Shown piece by piece: positions 48,268 through 61,041 of a stretch of DNA of 64,000 nt (positions within the stretch are counted from its first letter, which is position 1; every line of letters begins with the position of its first letter). The stretch is taken from NCBI GenBank assembly GCA_026023565.1, contig JAPETS010000019.1:124001-188000 (forward strand), given 5' to 3'. The notes beneath the pieces are model-generated. The model was not told where the DNA came from. It made no database searches and saw only the letters and a list, made by a program, of their open reading frames with translations. This DNA comes from Cirrosporium novae-zelandiae (taxonomy: Eukaryota). The position numbers were made by a program, and so were the translations under genes.

Positions 48268-49844
48268 TTAGCCTCTCTCGCTTCCCCGAAGACGCACTGA
48301 CTGTCCGTATTTCTGCAGCTTGGTAATCAGCTGATCTCCTTGCTTTACCACATCTGCATATTGCTTGTTCTTGTCGTCAGGTCGTGTTGTCTCTATGATC
48401 CCGTTTACTCGATCAATTGTACATGCGATCCGATTACCGGCAATAAATCGTGCAAGATCCCTATGACAGTATTAGCATTTCCCAGGCATTCAACGACCCC
48501 AAAAGGGAATATATACCGATCAAGGAAATCGATAGAGACACCAAATTCATTTGCCATGCTCTGCAGGCCGACAATTCGATAACTCTGTAACAGCTGTTGA
48601 TATCCCCTAAGCCGCATTTCTCGGACAAACCATGCCTTGTGCTCAAACAAATATCGATCTTGGCTGAGGAAATTATCCTCAACCGCAGCCAAAGATAAGA
48701 AAAAGGAACGGTAGTTTCCAATGTAGAGGCTAGTGACCAGGCCAGCCAATGGTGAAAAGTCAACTGGTGTCTCGACATCTTCACCATTTGATTGTCCCAG
48801 AGTTGTCAGGTTGACAGCCGTAGAGGCATGTCCAGGAGTGGCCGAAGAGTCTTTCATCTCCTCATCAGCAGTAGGGCCTGCCGATGCAGCTCCAGTCAAT
48901 GCCGACAGTTTCTCCTCGCCGTCTCCTAAAATGGCCTTGATTTCAGGAGCATCGACAACTTTTGACTTGAAGTCAACCCGCTTGAGCGAGAGAGATCCGG
49001 CCAGAACAGAGTATACGACAAGATGAGAGTAGTTACATAGTTCGTAGCTAGTAAAGGTGGAAAGACTGTCGAGAAGAAGAGGCGCGGCTAGGTTATACGA
49101 GCGGATAGTAAGCAGATGAAGGCCCTTGTAAGCCTTCAATCGATTTCGTCTATCCCAGTCACCTCCGCTCTCGACGAGTGTATTGGCACGGTCGATCTGC
49201 TTCTTCACAAAAACTTTATCGTCGAAGAACAGCCCTATCCGAATAATCGCTAGAACCAGATCAATTTTAGTTCCAAGAATTCCAGTGTTCTCAAAAACGG
49301 CTTCATATGCTTGGATAGCTTTCTCCTAAGAGGAATTAGTATTTGGAACCAATATAACGAGACAGTCAACAGTCTTTACCTTATCTCCAACCCTCGCCCA
49401 GAACTCCGCTCGCCTTCCTCTTGCTGTTTGTACTTCAATTTCTCCAGCGTTCTCGGTAGCCTCATCTTCCTCTTTTTTAAAGCCAGCAAGCTCTTCCTCA
49501 TTCGCTTTTTGTAGTTTTTGGTATAGTTGCTCATCCCAAGGAAGAGGCATAGCGAAACCCGAGTTTCTTCTACCACTTAATGGATTTGCAGCTATGGACC
49601 CCCTTCGGGGACGAGGCTTAGAGGGATGTTGAGCAGATCCGGTACCAGTTGTATTTAGGATACCATCGAGAGGATGGGCCAAATGCCTATAAAGAGGGGC
49701 CATTTTGTGTTCGGAAATGGCATCTTGAACCTTCTTCAGGGAAGCCTGCTGGTTGGTTTTCGAACATGATGGGTTGGTGATGTTGAAGATATCTTGAGCG
49801 AGCGAGAGGTCTGGATACTTTGCGTATTGAGGATCTGAACCCAT
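48268..49844 (-). CDS. RPN7: 26S proteasome lid subunit Rpn7 (PCI domain)
   Basis: 'GGDWDRRNRLKAYKG', 'LLLDSLSTFTSYEL', 'REMRLRGYQQLLQSY', last exon 'CTIDRVNGIIETTRPDDKNKQY..KLQKYGQSVRLRGSERG*'. Two introns. Confidence 0.96.
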
Positions 49845-50323
49845 GATTGCAAAGAGTTGGAAGGAAAGGAGATTGAGAGTAGTGAGTATGGGGATGATGA
49901 TAGGTTGTACAAAAGATACCCAAGGCTTGTCAACGTCGGCGAAGAGCTCTCTCCAGTTGTCTACCTAGGTAGTCAGTCTCTTGTTGCTGAGATGGAATTC
50001 TTGGTAAGCGACTAAGCCAAATTGGGAGCTAGATTCCTCAGGCCTCCTAAAACTGATAGCAGTAATTGTAATTGGTGCCTTAGGCGATTACCAGACAGGA
50101 CGAATGAATGAGAAAGAATGAGAGACAGGACATGGATAAACCTGGATGAAGGTAGGCACATCGGAAAGGAACAGACATCGAACATCAGACAAACTTACAC
50201 AAGAGGCTAATCTTCTATATTCTTTCAACCAGATCAAGGATAAATGTGCAATAATACAAATAATATTTTGACTTTATTCTCCCATTTCTCGAATAAGCTG
50301 TGTTTACTTAATTCAGTCCAGCC

Positions 50324-53031
50324 ATGGAGTCACAGAGAAGGAAGTCCTCAATTTATGATCCGGCCCGGGACATCTTCAAGCTCGTACCGGAGGATCCACC
50401 TGCTAATAATGCTACTAATAACTCTCCTAATTTGGTTGAGCCCAGCAGCCACAAGCCCGGTCATGACCATCATCACCCTAAACATTCTGTCCTCCCTCAG
50501 GCTGACCCTCCTATCTGGTCCTCTGCAGCTTGGGCGGAGAGGAATCTTCACACCCATCCTGAACCTGCACCTCAACCAAAACTTGAACCAGAACAACCTG
50601 GACCAGAACTTGGGCCTTTCACGTCTTTTTCATCCTTGCACCAATTCCAATCTTCCTCCTTCCAAGTCGGTGGTCCTGAAGAAGCTACTAGTTCGGTTAC
50701 CCAAGGTTCCAGTCCACTACAACTCCATCACCACCAACATCTGACCAGTTCAACTCTCCCATCTACTCCGACAGAAGTTGACCTCTCCAGGCCATCAATA
50801 CCTATTCAATCACCTTCAATTCCTGCTCCACACACTCCCATCCCTCCTGAACCTCAGTTACCTCTATCATATTGCCAACAACCTCCCCCTACCCCACTAT
50901 CACTCAATTGCACGGACAGTCCTCACAAGGAACTTCAAGTTGAGAAGCTTCCTTCCTTGAGAAGTCTTGAGCAGTCACATCATACCACCAAATTGCCCAA
51001 GACACCCTCATCACCTACATCTCATCAACCTCCAGCTCAAACCAAGTCATCTTCTCTATCGCCGAAATTGACACGAGTTTCACTCGAACCATCCGCAGAG
51101 AAACCAACCTCGAGTACATTCCTCTCCAATTCCAAACCAACGTCACCTCAGCACAAAGCTACCTTTGAGTCGCCAAAATCTCCTAAAGTCTCACCTAAGC
51201 TGAAAAGCTTCGTGAAGACGCAATTGTCAAACATAGGAGCATTTCCACAACCAAGGGACAAGATGACCGCTCTTAAACGATCGGCCGAAGACGAGTCTCT
51301 CGAGCACAATAGGAAACGAGCTAGGTCACCAGAAACTAGCCGGGAGTACCCTGTTGGCTCATTCTCACCCCAATCTACTTCCAAGACTTCTACTCCGCAA
51401 TCTCCGCCATTAAAAAAGCACCAAGCGGGTTCACCAACTCAAGCTAGTAACGATGTTACGCCTTCAGAAATTCCCAAGGCTCCCATTCCCATAACTGCTT
51501 CTAATTTGGCGAAAATTCCTCGCAGAACAAACAACGGCACCAAAGTTGATGGAGGGCCTCGAAGACAAAGATCACGGTCCCCTCGACGCAACGCAAGTAG
51601 CAATTACCGCCGACGAGAACCAGCTACCCAAACAAGGTCCCCTTCACCTATCCGACGTTCTCCTTCTAGATCACCCCCTCGCCAACGCAAACGCCCAGGT
51701 GCTTCCTCAAGGTTGAATGCCTCGGATCGAGAAGCCATTCGAAAACGTCAAGCCGAACGAGAACGAGAGCAAGAAGAACAATCTAAGCAAATAGCAGCGG
51801 TTCGAGGGTTGCAAGACGTTGTAACCCAACACTACAACGCAGTTCCTGAACGAGGTCGTGAATGGAGAAAAACCGATAGCCGCATTAAGGGTCTTCGCAG
51901 CTTTAATAATTGGATCAAGAGCACTGTAATACAGAAGTTCTCTCCAGACGAAGACTTTGATCCCCAAAATCCCCAAAAGTCTAAACCCCTCCTCGTTCTT
52001 GATATTGGGTGTGGAAAAGGCGGAGATTTAGGGAAATGGCAGCAAGCTCCTCAACCCATTGAACTCTACATCGGTCTTGACCCTGCGGACGTGTCCATTC
52101 ATCAAGCCCGTGACAGGTATCAGGAGATGCGTCGACGTGGTGGAAGGGGACGCGACCATCGTCGTCCTCAACCCCCACTGTTCCATGCAGAATTCTTTCC
52201 TAAAGACTGTTATGGTGAATTCATTGGCGATATTCCTATCATACAACAAGTTGGCATCGATGCAAACGTAGGACCAGGTGGAAGTGGCAGTCAGCGATGG
52301 GGAGGGGGCGGTTTTGATGTTGTGAGCATGATGTTCTGTATGCACTATGCTTTTGAAAGCGAAACCTTAGCTAGAGGGATGCTTCGAAATGTAGCTGGCA
52401 GTCTTAAGAAAGGGGGGAGGTTCATTGGTGTGATACCCAACTCCGATATTCTTAGCGAGCACGTCGAAACATGGACGAAGAAACGCAAGGCCAAACCTGG
52501 AACGAAGGGAGAATCCGAGAAAAACAAGGATGACACCGATAAGAAAGAAGACGAACAGCCCGAAGATGGAGAAGTCTCCGATGAGGAGGAGAAAGAGGAA
52601 TTTCCAGAATGGGGAAATAGCATCTACAAGGTGCACTTCCATCGCGACGCTCCTAACGATGGTGTCTTCCGCCCTCCTTTCGGTTGGAAATACTCTTTCT
52701 TTCTCGAGGAAGCCGTCGAGCAGATCCCCGAATATGTTGTCCCGTGGGAAGCATTCCGAGCGTAAGCATTTCACTTCACTTCACTTCCGTACCCCCTTTT
52801 CCCCACTAACTCTTTATCACCACCACTAGCATGGCCGAAGACTATAACCTCGAGCTCAGCTACCGAAAGCCCTTTACCGACATCTGGCACGAGAACAAAG
52901 ACAACCCAGACCTCGGACCCCTGAGCGAGCGTATGGGTGTCAGGGAGAGAGGACGCGGTCGACTACTCGTCAGCGACGAGGAAATGGAAGCAGCGAGCTT
53001 CTATCACGCTTTCTGTTTTTATAAGGTGTAA
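50324..53031 (+). CDS. ABD1: mRNA cap guanine-N7 methyltransferase with long disordered N-terminus
   Basis: 'HYNAVPERGREWR', 'LRSFNNWIKS', 'VLDIGCGKGGDLGKW', 'FCMHYAFE', 'PEYVVPWEAF'. Intron 52762-52829. Ends 'FYHAFCFYKV'. Confidence 0.95.
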
Positions 53032-53962
53032 CTGTAAATTTTGTATTACAATTCATCGCTATGTGCGACATTTAGATAGTAGGCTTATTTTTTTTATATT
53101 GCCGATTAGATACCGCAACCCTAATGGTGATAGATTGAATTACCGGGGGATGGGAATATGCGGGGTTTTACATGGATTGAAACGCCCGAAACGTGAAATC
53201 GAAGTGAGGAAAGAGTAGGTGAACCAAGGGGAAAAAAATAAAGAGACGAGGAAATGTTTCAAAATACCGACGATACTTTGTTTTTTGCTTTTTATTATCC
53301 TCTCAACATAAACTTAATTATTTGCATTTCAAGTCTTGTCCCGGCATTCTGATAGCTCGCTGACTTGGTTATTTGGAGCATGGACCATGGAGGAGTCATG
53401 GCATGCTTCGTTGAGTTAGGTTTTATACTTTATAGCATACTTGTGTCCCTACAATATCATGTAATTATGGATGGATGCATGCTATAAATTAACTACGTGG
53501 GAATGTCATAGACTAGGTTTATAACGTTGTTTTAAAATTATCATAACTCGTTAAAAAATTGGTGAAGCTTATTTGTCTGCCGTAGCTTCGTAGCTTTGTA
53601 TCTATGTATGTATCCATCTCACTAGCAAATAAGGAAGTAAGCAAGCAAAGAAAAAAAGGGTATCATGATTTTGTGGTGGTTTTAAAAGTCATCTCTTTTT
53701 TGCAATCGTAATTGCAAATGCATAAGTTAACGCCAAGTGACGGAAAAAAAAAAACGCTGAATCGCTAATGTTGTAAAAGCCTAATAAGCTAAAGTTCCCA
53801 TAGATAGTGTATATTAGCCATGATGTATGGTGTTTCGTAAGAGTCATAATAGCTAGCGTCTTGTAGCGATGGGTCGTGGGTTTGGAATAACAATGGCAAT
53901 GAAGGCAAGATAAAGCAAGGAAAGCAGTAATCTGTAATGGTGATGGAGAGGGCCATCGACCA

Positions 53963-55717
53963 TTATTTCTCTGGGTCTTTGGTGGGCTCTCTTTTGTTCC
54001 ACCGCAGAGTTAAGAGGGCGATGGTGAGCATAGCTGTTACGAAGGTGGCAGCAGGGAAAAACCAAAAAGCAAGGGCATGTGGATGCCATGGCAGGATAGT
54101 CATGTCGAAAATCCCGAAATATACTCCTGTGTTCCATGGGTAGATTACGACGGCCATGAGCAACCCGGTGGCCGCAGGCCAGTTTCCTCCTGTGATTAGT
54201 ATCGTTGCCCAAATTGCAATGCCGTATCTCAGGAGTGGGGAGATGGAGCCGCTTGTGAACTGCATATCTTCGACCTTGGCGGATGTATTTTCTACGAGGG
54301 TTTGCAAGTTAATAGCGGCCGATGATACCTCAGTAAGACGGGTGATGGCAGATTCAATCTCGGCATGGACGGATTCTTGTAAGCGCTGTTGGGACTGGGC
54401 ATATTGCTGCTGGACCAATGTTAGGGATAGGGCTAGGTCTGAGGTTTGTTGAAGGCGCCTTTCAACTGTTTCAAGCACCTGACCAAGTGCATTCTGATTG
54501 ACCAGTAGCGCCCCAATGACCTCGTTCGACAACTGCGCCTCATCTCGAACACGGCTTATTTCTCTTAATAGTATCGAGATATCTTCATCTGCCAATAACC
54601 GTAATCCGGCTCTCGTTTGCTCAACAATTTCGTGATTTCTTTGTAAACCTACCTCCTGTGTACCAATTTCATTGGAGATACCACCAAATTTGACTGAAGC
54701 CTGGTTAATATTTTCTTGGAGTTTAATGCTTTCGTCGTTCGCAGTCTTGATATTCTACAAAGATGTTAGAAGACATGGATCTTTAAGGGTCCGGGTCCAG
54801 GTCCGGGTCCAGGTCCGGGGTTGTCACCTTGTTTAAATAGTCAATATCATCATTTGCAACTTGTGTCTTTATTAAAAGCTTCTCGAACAGGGTTCCCATA
54901 CCAGAATCCATGTTCTCAAAAAGCTTATCGAACCAAGACTGCGTTTTTGACGTGAACTCATCGAAGCTCTTAATAAAATATGATTGCCGGATAGAAATCA
55001 TCTCCATAAACTTCTTTCGCTTAGCTTGATTTGCATTTTCTTCATCGTGGTTCTTCTGAAGAGAAGTGGCAAGAGCGGATGAAACTTCAGTTAATGAGCG
55101 ATAATGTTCAATAAGTGAATCTTTCTCGATACCAATACGCGCAGCATGGCACATCACAACTGCATTCTGTCTACTATTGCTGTAGCTTGTCCACCATTGA
55201 GGAGTTGACTGCAACTCCTGGAGACATGAACTTAACTGTGAATCGTGATTGTAGCCACCAGCATTTGACATCATAGGTACACACTGGGGTGGTACATCAG
55301 CCCCTGCTCCTGAAATCTCGCAGATAGCAAGCCTAGCAGCATAAATAGACTTGGTTCTTTCCAATTGAGGTTCTAGCTCCCGACTTTTGGCTTTAGTAGT
55401 GCCATCGATTGCCGAGCAAGACTTCAACAATGCTTTTGCCGCTTGCTGATTACATGGCGGCGATGTTCTCAATGAATCAAAGAGCCGTAGAAGATCAGGC
55501 GATAAGTCCTGATTCTTGTGATATTTCACCACTGAGTTCACAAGCAAGTCAAGGTCGCCAACATGGTCAACTAGAGCTTCGGCAGTACGAGCATCTAGAA
55601 TACATTTAGCTTAGTTCAGTTACCATATGTAAATAGATAATAGTACATACCTCTGTGGAAAAGATTCAATGCATTAATAGAGCAGAAGCAAAAAGCAAAA
55701 ATCAACAGGAGATTCAT
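53963..55717 (-). CDS. KAR5: Nuclear membrane fusion protein Kar5/Tht1
   Basis: Signal peptide exon 'MNLLLIFAFCFCSINALN'. Cys-rich domain 'PPCNQQAAKALLKSC..YAARLAICEI..PPQC..CLQELQSTPQWWTSYSNSRQNAVVMCHAAR', then coiled coil and C-terminal TM segments. Confidence 0.88.
54787..54819 (+). repeat. Intronic hexamer tandem repeat (RGGTCC)x5 in KAR5
   Basis: GGGTCCGGGTCCAGGTCCGGGTCCAGGTCCGGG, just downstream of the minus-strand splice donor. Confidence 0.8.
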
Positions 55718-56421
55718 TCTGGAAACTGAGGTTGAAGTGCTTCTGAGTCGTAGTCAGTTGATTATCATAACTTGATGTGTATCGTTAATTGTGAGGAGAC
55801 GTGGAAAAGGGAAATCAATCTAGACGGAAAGATCAGAATGTGAAGAAAGCTGGTATCAAAAGGATCTCAAGGTTGGTTTGAAGAGGCTCGATGGTGGGGA
55901 AGACGACGAGATTTGGATACCTTGACAAGGTAAAATGATCGATATGCTGGGTGAGTTAGTAAATCATTCAATTTCACTCTTAGGCCTTGGAGCCCAAATA
56001 TATCATTTCAGTTGCATTGAAGAGCTCAAGAAGGTGTAAGGGTAGAAGGGTAGGCCAATGATCCCCCTATAATCTCCCACAGTATTTTTGTTCAAGAGCA
56101 GACAGTTGGACATAAGATATGAGAGAGAGAGACGTAAGGGAGTCTCAAGATTCGCAGTAAATCTAATAATCACTTGTGGAAGACTATTGATTAGAGTGCT
56201 CTCGACCGTTACAAAAGACAGCGATATAGCTTCTCATGGCTACAATAAATTTAATTTCAAGCTATATCAATTGGTGGGTTCTCCATCTCAGCAAGCTCAG
56301 TTCAAATAAGAAAATCTCTCGGCCGACGCTATCCCTAAAACGCTCTGATAGCTTTCCTCCAATTCCTAATTCTCGAGAAATATCATGATTTATCGCGCCT
56401 ACAAGCTATAAACGACTAAAA

Positions 56422-57305
56422 ATGGCCAGCACCACTCCCCTCCGCTCTGTCCAACATCTCGCTCGAATATCTGCTCCAACAGCTTCCTTGCCAATTTTCC
56501 TTGTTCCCGCCTTGACCCGATCGAAATATCAATCGTACAGATCTTTTTCCAGTTCTCCGTCATGCAAGTCTCGAGTCGGCGCTTCTACGATATCTATACC
56601 TCCAGAGGTTACGCTTAGCGTGGTTGACCCCCCGAAGAAGCGCGATGTGTTGAGTAAAGAAATACCGATGCGGACCGTGCATGTCGTCGGTCCATTAGGT
56701 AAGATTTGATCTAGCGTCTACCATCGAGGGCCATATTAATGGAATTGGTTCATCTGCAGGGGAAATGACCCTCAAATTGCCTCCTTATATGTCTATGCAT
56801 CATGATACAGAGGCAAGGAAAGTGAGCCTTGCTGTCGAAAATGCCGAAGAGAGACGACAACGGGAGATGTGGGGTAAGTTCACGCAGAAATATATTTCCA
56901 CGAGCTGCATGGTTGATGAGTACAATAGGAACCACCCGTTCTTACCTCGCAAATCACGTTATGGGTGTCTCAGAAGGCCATACCGCAGTTCTCCGTCTAA
57001 ATGGTGTTGGCTTTCGTGCCACGGTTGAAAAGACTGCAATCACCAAGAAACCCATATATCCCGGCCAGCAATTTGTCTCCCTGAAAGTGGGTATCACCTC
57101 GCATCCAGTCGAGTTGGGTGTACCGCAAGGTGTTAAGGCGAGCACTCCACAGCCGACCCGTATATTACTAGAAGGTATCGATAAGGAAGTTGTCAAAGAG
57201 TTTGCGGCTAACATACGGGAATGGGCGAAACCGGAGCCTTATAAGGGCAAGGGAATATTTGTCGATGGAGAGACCATCAAGTTAAAGGCCAAAAAGATTA
57301 AATGA
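56422..57305 (+). CDS. MRPL6: Mitochondrial ribosomal protein uL6m
   Basis: Presequence-like N-terminus, 'GPLG', 'MWG|TTRSYLANHVMGVSEG', 'GVGFRA', 'PEPYKGKGI'. Two introns. Confidence 0.95.
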
Positions 57306-57651
57306 TCTAGCAATCTTGGGATACCTTGTATTATACTGGGATCAATCGCCATACCAATCGGTGTTTGCAATAAGCCAATCCAACCTGGACATGAATCCAA
57401 ATTTCCTAGATATAGTGATATTGGTAAACCCTCAAGTAAGACCACCGAATGTTTGATATGCCAAAGAGGGATCTGGAGCGACTATGAAATCTTTGAAATC
57501 TTTGTATTTATATCTGTCCGGATTGTCTAGAAAGAGAAAAGCCTCTTCGGATACTATATCACCCACTATCCCAGAAATTTAGAGTACCAAAATGGGACCT
57601 TGAAGAATTCCATGTTCGTATTATCTCCCATTTTGCGTCCCTCGGCCCGAA

Positions 57652-58691
57652 TCAAATTTCAGCACCGGGCTTTCTCGCCACATAAATAACCCTATCAGGA
57701 ACAATGTCAATATCCGTTTCCTGGTATTTTCATCAAGTCCATGTGGGAGCTCAAAAAGAGATAAGTTACACAGGGATATGTCCCCCCACCTCCTTCAACT
57801 CCTTCATCGTCTTCCTCAGTCCCGCCTTCGAGGCCTCCTCACTCCACCCCAAAACCTTCCCATACAACATCGGATTCATATTCTGAACTACCTCGATGAA
57901 ATTCCGCATCGAGTCCGCCACCATACTTCTCTCTTTCTCATTCCTGGCTGCTTTTTCGTTGCTTGGCCACCGTTCCGTTGTCTGCTTAATGGAGTCAGGA
58001 AGGAAACCCGCGGCCTTGAGCAAAGCAGGAAAGTCCTTCCAGGCATTGAGGTCCTTGCCGGTTTTTGAGAAGGCGAGAAAGACATTGGAGTTCCATGCCT
58101 GAGTCCCGGGGGTGAGGCTGGGGTCGAGAGAGACGAATGGGTTTCCTAGTTCTTGAAGCTCGAGGTAGCCTCCTGGTTTGAGGGCTCTGAGACAAGCAAG
58201 TTAGTAGTCACTTGCTTCTCAGTCCAGGTATAACGGCAATACTTACGCATAGGCTTGCTTAAAGTACTTGGCCCAGTCTTTCCAGCCGACGAAGAGAAAG
58301 CGCGAATGGATGTAGTCGAACTGGTGTGGGAAGTTCCAGTCACTTTCGGCGTCCATGGCTTGGAAACTACAATTGGGAGGAACCATTGCTGGCGGGGTAG
58401 GACTAAGATCGATACCTAGAACCCTGGCTGATGGGAACTGGTTCGCGAACAAGGCGGTCCAGATGGCCGTCCCGCATCCGATGTCAAGGACTTCTTTAAT
58501 ATCATCCTTGAGTGGGGCAAGGTAGAGTTTGTTATTCAGGGATTTCAACCATAGAAGATGTTGGCGGTCTAGACGGTCGTTCTCCTCTTGGTCTTTTAGC
58601 AAGACATATAGGCCATCTTCATGATTTAGGTATCTGCGTCCACTCTGGTATCCTTAGGCTGAGATATTGGTCTCAACTGGTTTTCTCTCAT
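57652..58691 (-). pseudogene. LaeA-like SAM-dependent methyltransferase with a disrupted 5' end (possible pseudogene)
   Basis: 'GRRYLNHEDGLYVLLKDQEENDRLDRQH', 'VLDIGCGTAIW', 'GIDLSP', 'FDYIHSR', 'LKPGGYLELQE', final exon 'VIYVARKP'. The body is intact, but there is an in-frame TAA at 58656-58654 and the nearest upstream ATG (58691) is out of frame. Confidence 0.7.
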
Positions 58692-59493
58692 TATTTGCCT
58701 CCAATATTAGCGCTTGTGGATTGTAGGGACCTTATACTTGGTGGAAATGAGAAGAAGAGATAAAAAGAAAGAAGAGATGCATGTAAAATAACAGTTGACG
58801 GACAGTGAATTAGTTCCCTTATATACTTAATAAACCCATACCCACTGAACATTCTGGACTCGGAAATAGTTCCTAGTCCCTTTTCGCAATCCATACAACA
58901 ATGACAGTTGAAGCAGCTCACATCACATGCAGAGTTGGAGAGAAATTTAGAACCCCTTCTAGCTTGCGGTCCTCGTATATCGTATGTCGTATATCGGTTA
59001 TCGTTAGAAAGAGGGAAGATAGATGATAAGATCATAATATAGTCTCGCAACGACTACCGACAAGGGGAGATTGACAATGAAGGACCACGGAAATATTTCC
59101 GAATACAAGAAAAAAGATGAAGATTAATGCAATGATTGAAAATTCACCTGGAACCAGGGGTCTAAAGGGACCGCACATTAGATAGATATGTTGTGTACAT
59201 GTGTACTTGTAGCACCTCTAATTTTCTGACCGCTTTCACGAAAACATATTAGAAGTACCGAATGAAACACCAATCATTTGCAATCGTCAATAATCTCGCT
59301 CATATAAAAAAATCTCATGTCGAGTAACGCGTCACCTTCAATTGTCGGACGTGGCAGATTTCTGGCCTGCTCCACAATTCAATTGATATTCCTCCCACTT
59401 TGAAACCTTGGCGTTTTGTGCTATCTGACTTACAGTATGCAATTACCACCTAACCCCACGCTCTTATTTTAAATCAATTGTCTCTGATAATAC

Positions 59494-60741
59494 ATGAGCA
59501 GAAACATCTCCAACGCCTCGCATCTTTCTCCTAAAACACTCATCCTCACATCCCTCATAATTCTGGCCTTCAGTACCCTCCTCATCCCACTTCGATCCAC
59601 CCTTCTACCCCGCATCGGACTTCTAACCCGTCATCTGACGAACCCCACCATCACCACCACCACAATGGCAACCTCACCGACCTACGAAAAAGAACTCCTG
59701 GTAGCCCAATTGGCAGTCCAGCGCGCCACGCTCCTTACGAAACGAGTCTTCCACCAAAAAGTCAAGGGCACCACATCCAAAGATGACAAATCCCCCGTCA
59801 CCATCGGCGACTACGGCGCCCAGGCCCTGATCATCCACGCCATCAAGACCAACTTTCCCGACGATGAGATCGTCGCCGAGGAGGAAGCCTCGAGCCTTCG
59901 CGAGGACAAGAGCCTCGCAGAGCAGATCTGGGGATTTGTTAAGGAAACAAAATTAGATGATGCGGAGAGCGAGAGTCTGATTGGCGGGCCTATTAAGGAT
60001 GAGGAGGAGATGCTGACGAGGATTGATCAGGGCGGCAGTGCAGGAGGCGCGAGCGGCAGAATCTGGGCGCTGGATCCTATTGACGGCACAAAGGGGTTTC
60101 TCCGAGGAGGCCAGTACGCCGTTTGCCTGGGCCTAATGGTCGACGGCGACGTCAAGGTTGGCGCCATCGGGTGTCCCAACCTCCCCGTAGACGACTCCGC
60201 CCCACTAGACGCAGACATCGGCAAAGACGCCACTGACGAAGGCGACTCCCGCGGCGTCCTCTTCTCCGCCGTCCAAGGCCACGGCGCAAAGTCCGCCCAC
60301 CTCGCCAAGGGAAAACTCAACCCGGCCCACCCCATCTCCATGAAAAAAATCACAGATCTCTCCAACGCCACCTTCTGCGAGTCGGTCGAGGCCGCCCACT
60401 CCGCCCACGGTGACCAAGCCGAGATCGCCAAGAAGCTCGGCACCACCAAGGCTAGCGTGCGGATGGACTCGCAGGCGAAATACTGCTCCATCGCGCGGGG
60501 CGCGGGGGATATTTATCTGCGCCTGCCGGTGAAGAAGGATTATCAGGAGAAGATCTGGGATCATGCTGCCGGAGATTTGATTGTGAGGGAGGCCGGGGGC
60601 GAGGTCACGGATTCTGAGGGCAAGAGGCTCGATTTCAGTAAGGGGAGAACTCTGTCTCATAACAAGGGTGTTGTTGCCGCTCCTAGCGCTATTCATCCCA
60701 AGGTCATTGAGGTGGTCAAAAGTGTTTTGGGCTCCAAATAG
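59494..60741 (+). CDS. MET22: 3'(2'),5'-bisphosphate nucleotidase (Met22/Hal2)
   Basis: 'KDDKSPVTIGDYGAQA', 'IVAEE', 'WALDPIDGTKGFLRGGQYAV', 'RMDSQAKY', 'EKIWDHAAG'. A second in-frame ATG near 59665 starts the conserved core. Confidence 0.96.
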   Translation: MSRNISNASHLSPKTLILTSLIILAFSTLLIPLRSTLLPRIGLLTRHLTNPTITTTTMATSPTYEKELLVAQLAVQRATLLTKRVFHQKVKGTTSKDDKSPVTIGDYGAQALIIHAIKTNFPDDEIVAEEEASSLREDKSLAEQIWGFVKETKLDDAESESLIGGPIKDEEEMLTRIDQGGSAGGASGRIWALDPIDGTKGFLRGGQYAVCLGLMVDGDVKVGAIGCPNLPVDDSAPLDADIGKDATDEGDSRGVLFSAVQGHGAKSAHLAKGKLNPAHPISMKKITDLSNATFCESVEAAHSAHGDQAEIAKKLGTTKASVRMDSQAKYCSIARGAGDIYLRLPVKKDYQEKIWDHAAGDLIVREAGGEVTDSEGKRLDFSKGRTLSHNKGVVAAPSAIHPKVIEVVKSVLGSK

Positions 60742-61041
60742 AGAGAGATGCATTAGACAGGAGGCGCACCACGGGGTTTACAGATCTTAACTAAATATAT
60801 CTAAGAAAAGTTTTATTAGGATGGCATGGGGCGTGGAATACCATACCAATACCGTCATTCTAGAATATTTCAGTGGCATATCCTTTCTCTTTCTATCGAA
60901 TAAACCAATCTATCACCCCCACCCTCCCCTCTCTAAGTCTCACTTTCTATCAAAATCCTACACAACATCTCACCCCCAGTCTAACCTCGATATAGATATT
61001 CCGTCTTCCAGATTCCTTCCCCCCCATCTTCCTCTTCAAGC

